This document shows positions 60,796 to 64,000 of a stretch of 64,000 nt of DNA, piece by piece (the stretch's first letter is position 1; each line of letters opens with the position of its first letter). Under the pieces are notes generated by a model. That model was given only the letters and a program-made list of their open reading frames with translations, searched no databases and was not told where the DNA came from. The stretch lies in assembly GCA_032161105.1 (NCBI GenBank), contig JAVHTD010000008.1; one strand, written 5' to 3'. The translations under genes were made by a program, and so were the position numbers. The stretch comes from Candidatus Thermosaccharophagus tengchongensis (GTDB lineage: Bacteria > Armatimonadota > Fervidibacteria > Fervidibacterales > Thermosaccharophagaceae).

Positions 60796-62547
60796 CTAAA
60801 CCACTGTGCCTATGCTGACATCTCGCTCGCGGCGCCATATCGGACGAACCTCAACAACATTCTCGGGATCGTAGTCAATGAGCTTGAGCCAGTCCTCAAG
60901 GTTGTCGCTCTTCGGGAATATCTCGTTTTCACGATACTCAAGCGACACAGCCTCAAACAGGTCTTGCTGTGTTATTCCCTCGCCCTCATCTCCTTTCTCT
61001 ATCGCCCTTCTCAGCGCAAAGTCCTTCGCACGCTCAACCACCGACATGATGAGGGCGCCGCTAACGAGGTCGCACCAGTAAAGTGTTTGCCGCCTGCCGT
61101 TTCGCAGGTATATGTCAACGAATGCCTTCTCGTGATCCCTTTGGAAGAGGAAGTCAATTGTGCGCTCTATCAGAAATTGCCTAGCAGCTTCGTGGCTACC
61201 ATGTTCCGCTATCAGGCTTGAATGTATTGGGATGGACTCGTTCAAATAGATTGCGAGTATTTCCTTTGACGCCTCTTTGTTCGGGCGGGCTATCTTCAGC
61301 TTTCGGTCAACCCTCCCCGGGCGAAGTATTGCCGGGTCAATGTAATCCGGGCGGTTTGATGTGAGCATGACAACAACATTCTCGGTGTCAACTAAGCCAT
61401 CCATCTCAGCTGCGAATTGTGGGACAACGGTGTTCGCCATATCAAGCCATTTGCCCGAGCTCCTCGTCCGAAGTATGGCATCAGCCTCATCAACGAAAAT
61501 GAACACAAGATACCCTTCCTTTGCGCGCTGGCGTGCTGTGGCGAATATTTCCCTTATCGCCCTCTCCGTCTCGCCAACCCACATGCTCAGTATCTGCGGT
61601 CCGTTGATGAGCATAAAGTATTCTCGCACATCGCCGCCAACCTTCTCCCTATATGCTTTTGTCACATTGTAAGCTGTGGCTTTGCCTATGAGCGTTTTCC
61701 CGCATCCGGGTGGTCCGTATAGCAAGATGCCTTTCACACGCTGCTTTCCAAACTTGCGATAAAGCTCGGGATACAGAAGCGGGACTTCAATCAATTCCCT
61801 TATGACTTTAATTGCCTCATCCTGCCCTCCTATCTTGCTCCAAGGTATTTCGGGAACCCTCTCAAGGAAGTAATCCCTCACCTGTTTCCTTCGGAACAGC
61901 TCAACTGCTACCCTGAGTGTCGGTTCAAGGCGCACTTCATCTCCAACTTCCATCTCGCATTCGGATAGGTCACTTGAGCGCCTCACTATCCTCGCCGATA
62001 ATCCATGCCCATCAAGCGACACCCTCACCCTGCCATCGGGCAAAAGTTCAGTCACCTTTGCGGTTGGTCCATCTGGCGCATAACCCAAATCACCTATGAC
62101 AGCAAACGCATCGTTTATCTTCACCCTCGTGCCGACCTTCAATGAGGATGCATCCAAGTTGGGGTCAATGTTGGCATAGTATTCGGCATCGCCAACGGCT
62201 ATGTGTGCTATGCCCTTTTCTGGCGACCCGAGAAATGTGCCGATGCGGTTCGCTGGCGATGTGAGTTTCTCGTAGACCTCTTGGAATTGCTCAATAACGC
62301 GCCTTGCCTCTTCAAGCTGCCTTTCATCCACCTCAAGTTGATGGCGCAGCAAAAGCAGCAGCCTATAGCGCCTATCATTCTCCGATGTCTGCATGAGTAT
62401 CTCGTCAAGTAGCGCTGTCGCTTTAAAGCGCGTCTCAAATCCGAGGTTGAATGCTCCCTTACCAAACGGTGAGCTTGAACTCCTCTCCTTGCTATCCTCA
62501 TCCTGCTTATGATTCCGAGACCCTCTTCTGTCGGGCATCACTTTCAC
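60796..62547 (-). CDS. arc: proteasome-associated AAA ATPase (ARC/Mpa)
   Basis: N-terminal coiled coil plus OB-like region, GPPGCGKT, MWVGETER, FVDEAD, AEMDG, IDPAILRPGR.D, SGA....VVERAK. Confidence 0.92.
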   Translation of the reverse strand: MKVMPDRRGSRNHKQDEDSKERSSSSPFGKGAFNLGFETRFKATALLDEILMQTSENDRRYRLLLLLRHQLEVDERQLEEARRVIEQFQEVYEKLTSPANRIGTFLGSPEKGIAHIAVGDAEYYANIDPNLDASSLKVGTRVKINDAFAVIGDLGYAPDGPTAKVTELLPDGRVRVSLDGHGLSARIVRRSSDLSECEMEVGDEVRLEPTLRVAVELFRRKQVRDYFLERVPEIPWSKIGGQDEAIKVIRELIEVPLLYPELYRKFGKQRVKGILLYGPPGCGKTLIGKATAYNVTKAYREKVGGDVREYFMLINGPQILSMWVGETERAIREIFATARQRAKEGYLVFIFVDEADAILRTRSSGKWLDMANTVVPQFAAEMDGLVDTENVVVMLTSNRPDYIDPAILRPGRVDRKLKIARPNKEASKEILAIYLNESIPIHSSLIAEHGSHEAARQFLIERTIDFLFQRDHEKAFVDIYLRNGRRQTLYWCDLVSGALIMSVVERAKDFALRRAIEKGDEGEGITQQDLFEAVSLEYRENEIFPKSDNLEDWLKLIDYDPENVVEVRPIWRRERDVSIGTVV

Positions 62548-62753
62548 CTCACGACAGTGTCATAAGATGTCAAATGCAAAGGCTAACGCATCTCACCGTC
62601 CATTGGAAGGTGCCTGAAGGAAATGGTGTGACAGGCATCGCTGAGTGGGGTGAGCCTCCTTCCACCGCAGTGGCGATGGGGAAGGTAAGGTTCAATTATG
62701 GCTAAAGTCACAATGTCATGGTAGCGCGAATGCGGCAGATCGCCAACAGTGCT

Positions 62754-63419
62754 TCACGGGAGGAATGAGGTTGCGCTCTTGAGCGCCATAAAAATGAAAG
62801 TGCATCCAAACCCAACCATGAATATTCCGCATCCCTTAATTAGCGCTTTGTAGGCTGTGCCGCCAAACAGCGCTATCCCTCTTACAACGGCAATCCCGAT
62901 TGTGACTAACCAAAGTATGTCTCCAAGTATGTGCCCGATGTAGAATGCGCCGACGCCGATAACGCCAGCGTTGAGCGAATTGCTGATCATGCTTGTCCCA
63001 ACAGTTAGCCACCAAACAGACCAATAAGGGTTGGAGATGCTGCTCACAATGCCAGACGAAATTGAGCCAAGTTGTGCGTGCCTATCAAGCCTCATGCCGA
63101 CTTCCAGATTGCCCGCGCTTTTGCCAGCGCGCAGCATGCCGAGACCCATGAGGATGATTGTAGCTCCCCCGACAATTCCGATGAGCACCTTCAACGGCTT
63201 AACATCGGCGATGTGCAACCCAAAAGCGAGCACAACTGTCGTTGGAAGCTCAAGTGCCGAGTGTCCCAACGCGACGAGGAATGCCGCAAAGGCACCATAA
63301 CGCATGGCGCGCTCAATCGCCGATATAGTCAGCGGTCCGGGCATGAGTGCACCAGATAGCGCAACGGCGAATGAACTTATGACCAAGCTGACAAAAGTTA
63401 AAGCACTCTCCCACATCAC
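62754..63419 (-). CDS. LysE family translocator
   Basis: SGALMPGP, GH..LE, S.SNPYW..WW...G, GHI..D. Confidence 0.9.
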   Translation of the reverse strand: MMWESALTFVSLVISSFAVALSGALMPGPLTISAIERAMRYGAFAAFLVALGHSALELPTTVVLAFGLHIADVKPLKVLIGIVGGATIILMGLGMLRAGKSAGNLEVGMRLDRHAQLGSISSGIVSSISNPYWSVWWLTVGTSMISNSLNAGVIGVGAFYIGHILGDILWLVTIGIAVVRGIALFGGTAYKALIKGCGIFMVGFGCTFIFMALKSATSFLP

Positions 63420-63506
63420 GCGCTCACCGATTTTCTGTCATCCACTTTGCTCACACCCGCTTGCTCAGCCGACTGAGGAAAAAGGCTTTGGCTTTGAATT
63501 GCCCGC

Positions 63507-63800
63507 TTACTGTGCCTGCTGTCCCTCTGTGGCTTTCCCACAGCTTGGGCAATAGCGCCATGATGGATGAAGTTCCTTCCCACAACCTTCACAACGCCGC
63601 CTCAGTTGCGCACCACAGTGCGGGCATACATTGTAATCGCTTCTGACCGTCTTACCGCAACTTGGGCATGGATGGCAGCACACAAACCTGAATGTCTCGC
63701 AGATCCCCTCAAGCAACCATCCGAGTGATGCGCCCACACAGCATGTAAACCGATGCCATCCGTGATGATGCGCATGGCAGTGCCAATCACACATGTTCAT
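63507..63800 (-). CDS. double zinc-ribbon domain protein
   Basis: CPSC, CPHC, CEGC, CPSC pairs; RBS AGGGGTG. Confidence 0.8.
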   Translation of the reverse strand: MNMCDWHCHAHHHGWHRFTCCVGASLGWLLEGICETFRFVCCHPCPSCGKTVRSDYNVCPHCGAQLRRRCEGCGKELHPSWRYCPSCGKATEGQQAQ

Positions 63801-63999
63801 CACCCCTTAAATGCTGTCTTGCCTTCGTGCGCCATTTTGCGAGTTCGCTGACGAGCTTGATCACCCTCTCACGGTCGCAATTGAAGCGCAAGCGCACACT
63901 CCTGAATGAAGCAAGCGGCGTCCACCTTTCAAACGGTGATAGCACAATCCCATCCTTATCAAGGTAACACGCTTTGACGCGCTCCCATTCAATTGAGCG
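63787..63999 (-). CDS. 3' end of a hypothetical protein, truncated by the window edge
   Basis: Open frame RSIEWERVKACYLDKDGIVLSPF...FRSVRLRF...RGDEHV*, whose end overlaps the start of the zinc-ribbon gene. Confidence 0.6.
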   Translation of the reverse strand, partial: RSIEWERVKACYLDKDGIVLSPFERWTPLASFRSVRLRFNCDRERVIKLVSELAKWRTKARQHLRGDEHV

Positions 64000-64000
64000 C

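Overview
Gene-dense bacterial chromosomal window of moderately high GC. It probably comes from a thermophilic Armatimonadota-like organism, inferred from the UBact-proteasome locus, the pilin-like gene set and 4-mer palindrome avoidance; this is not verified. No rRNA, tRNA, CRISPR array or transposase was recognised. Housekeeping and carbohydrate genes include purS/purQ, xerC, gyrB, gcvH plus lipoate ligase, a GH2 beta-mannosidase and MFS/ABC transporters. Notable elements: (1) a formate dehydrogenase cluster with two differently equipped NuoF/HydB flavoprotein paralogs; (2) a DUF72 + translin/TRAX-like gene pair; (3) a structured leader with two terminator-like hairpins upstream of an ABC transporter/DUF1854 pair; (4) a 1488-aa ElbD-like FAR-A-ACP-acyltransferase with a degenerate adenylation domain, overlapping a sulfatase-fold gene that has Thr at the nucleophile position; (5) a SigB/F/G-type sigma factor fused to a degenerate GGDEF domain that keeps the RxxD c-di-GMP I-site; (6) an AT-richer four-gene minor-pilin-like cluster whose proteins all carry an acidic DxDxDG..DEDP motif, with near-identical DNA copies shared between genes; (7) an ARC/Mpa-Dop-UBact-proteasome beta operon whose 58-aa UBact gene is missing from the ORF track and which lacks adjacent alpha-subunit and ligase genes. 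All calls come from motif reading by eye; no database searches were run.
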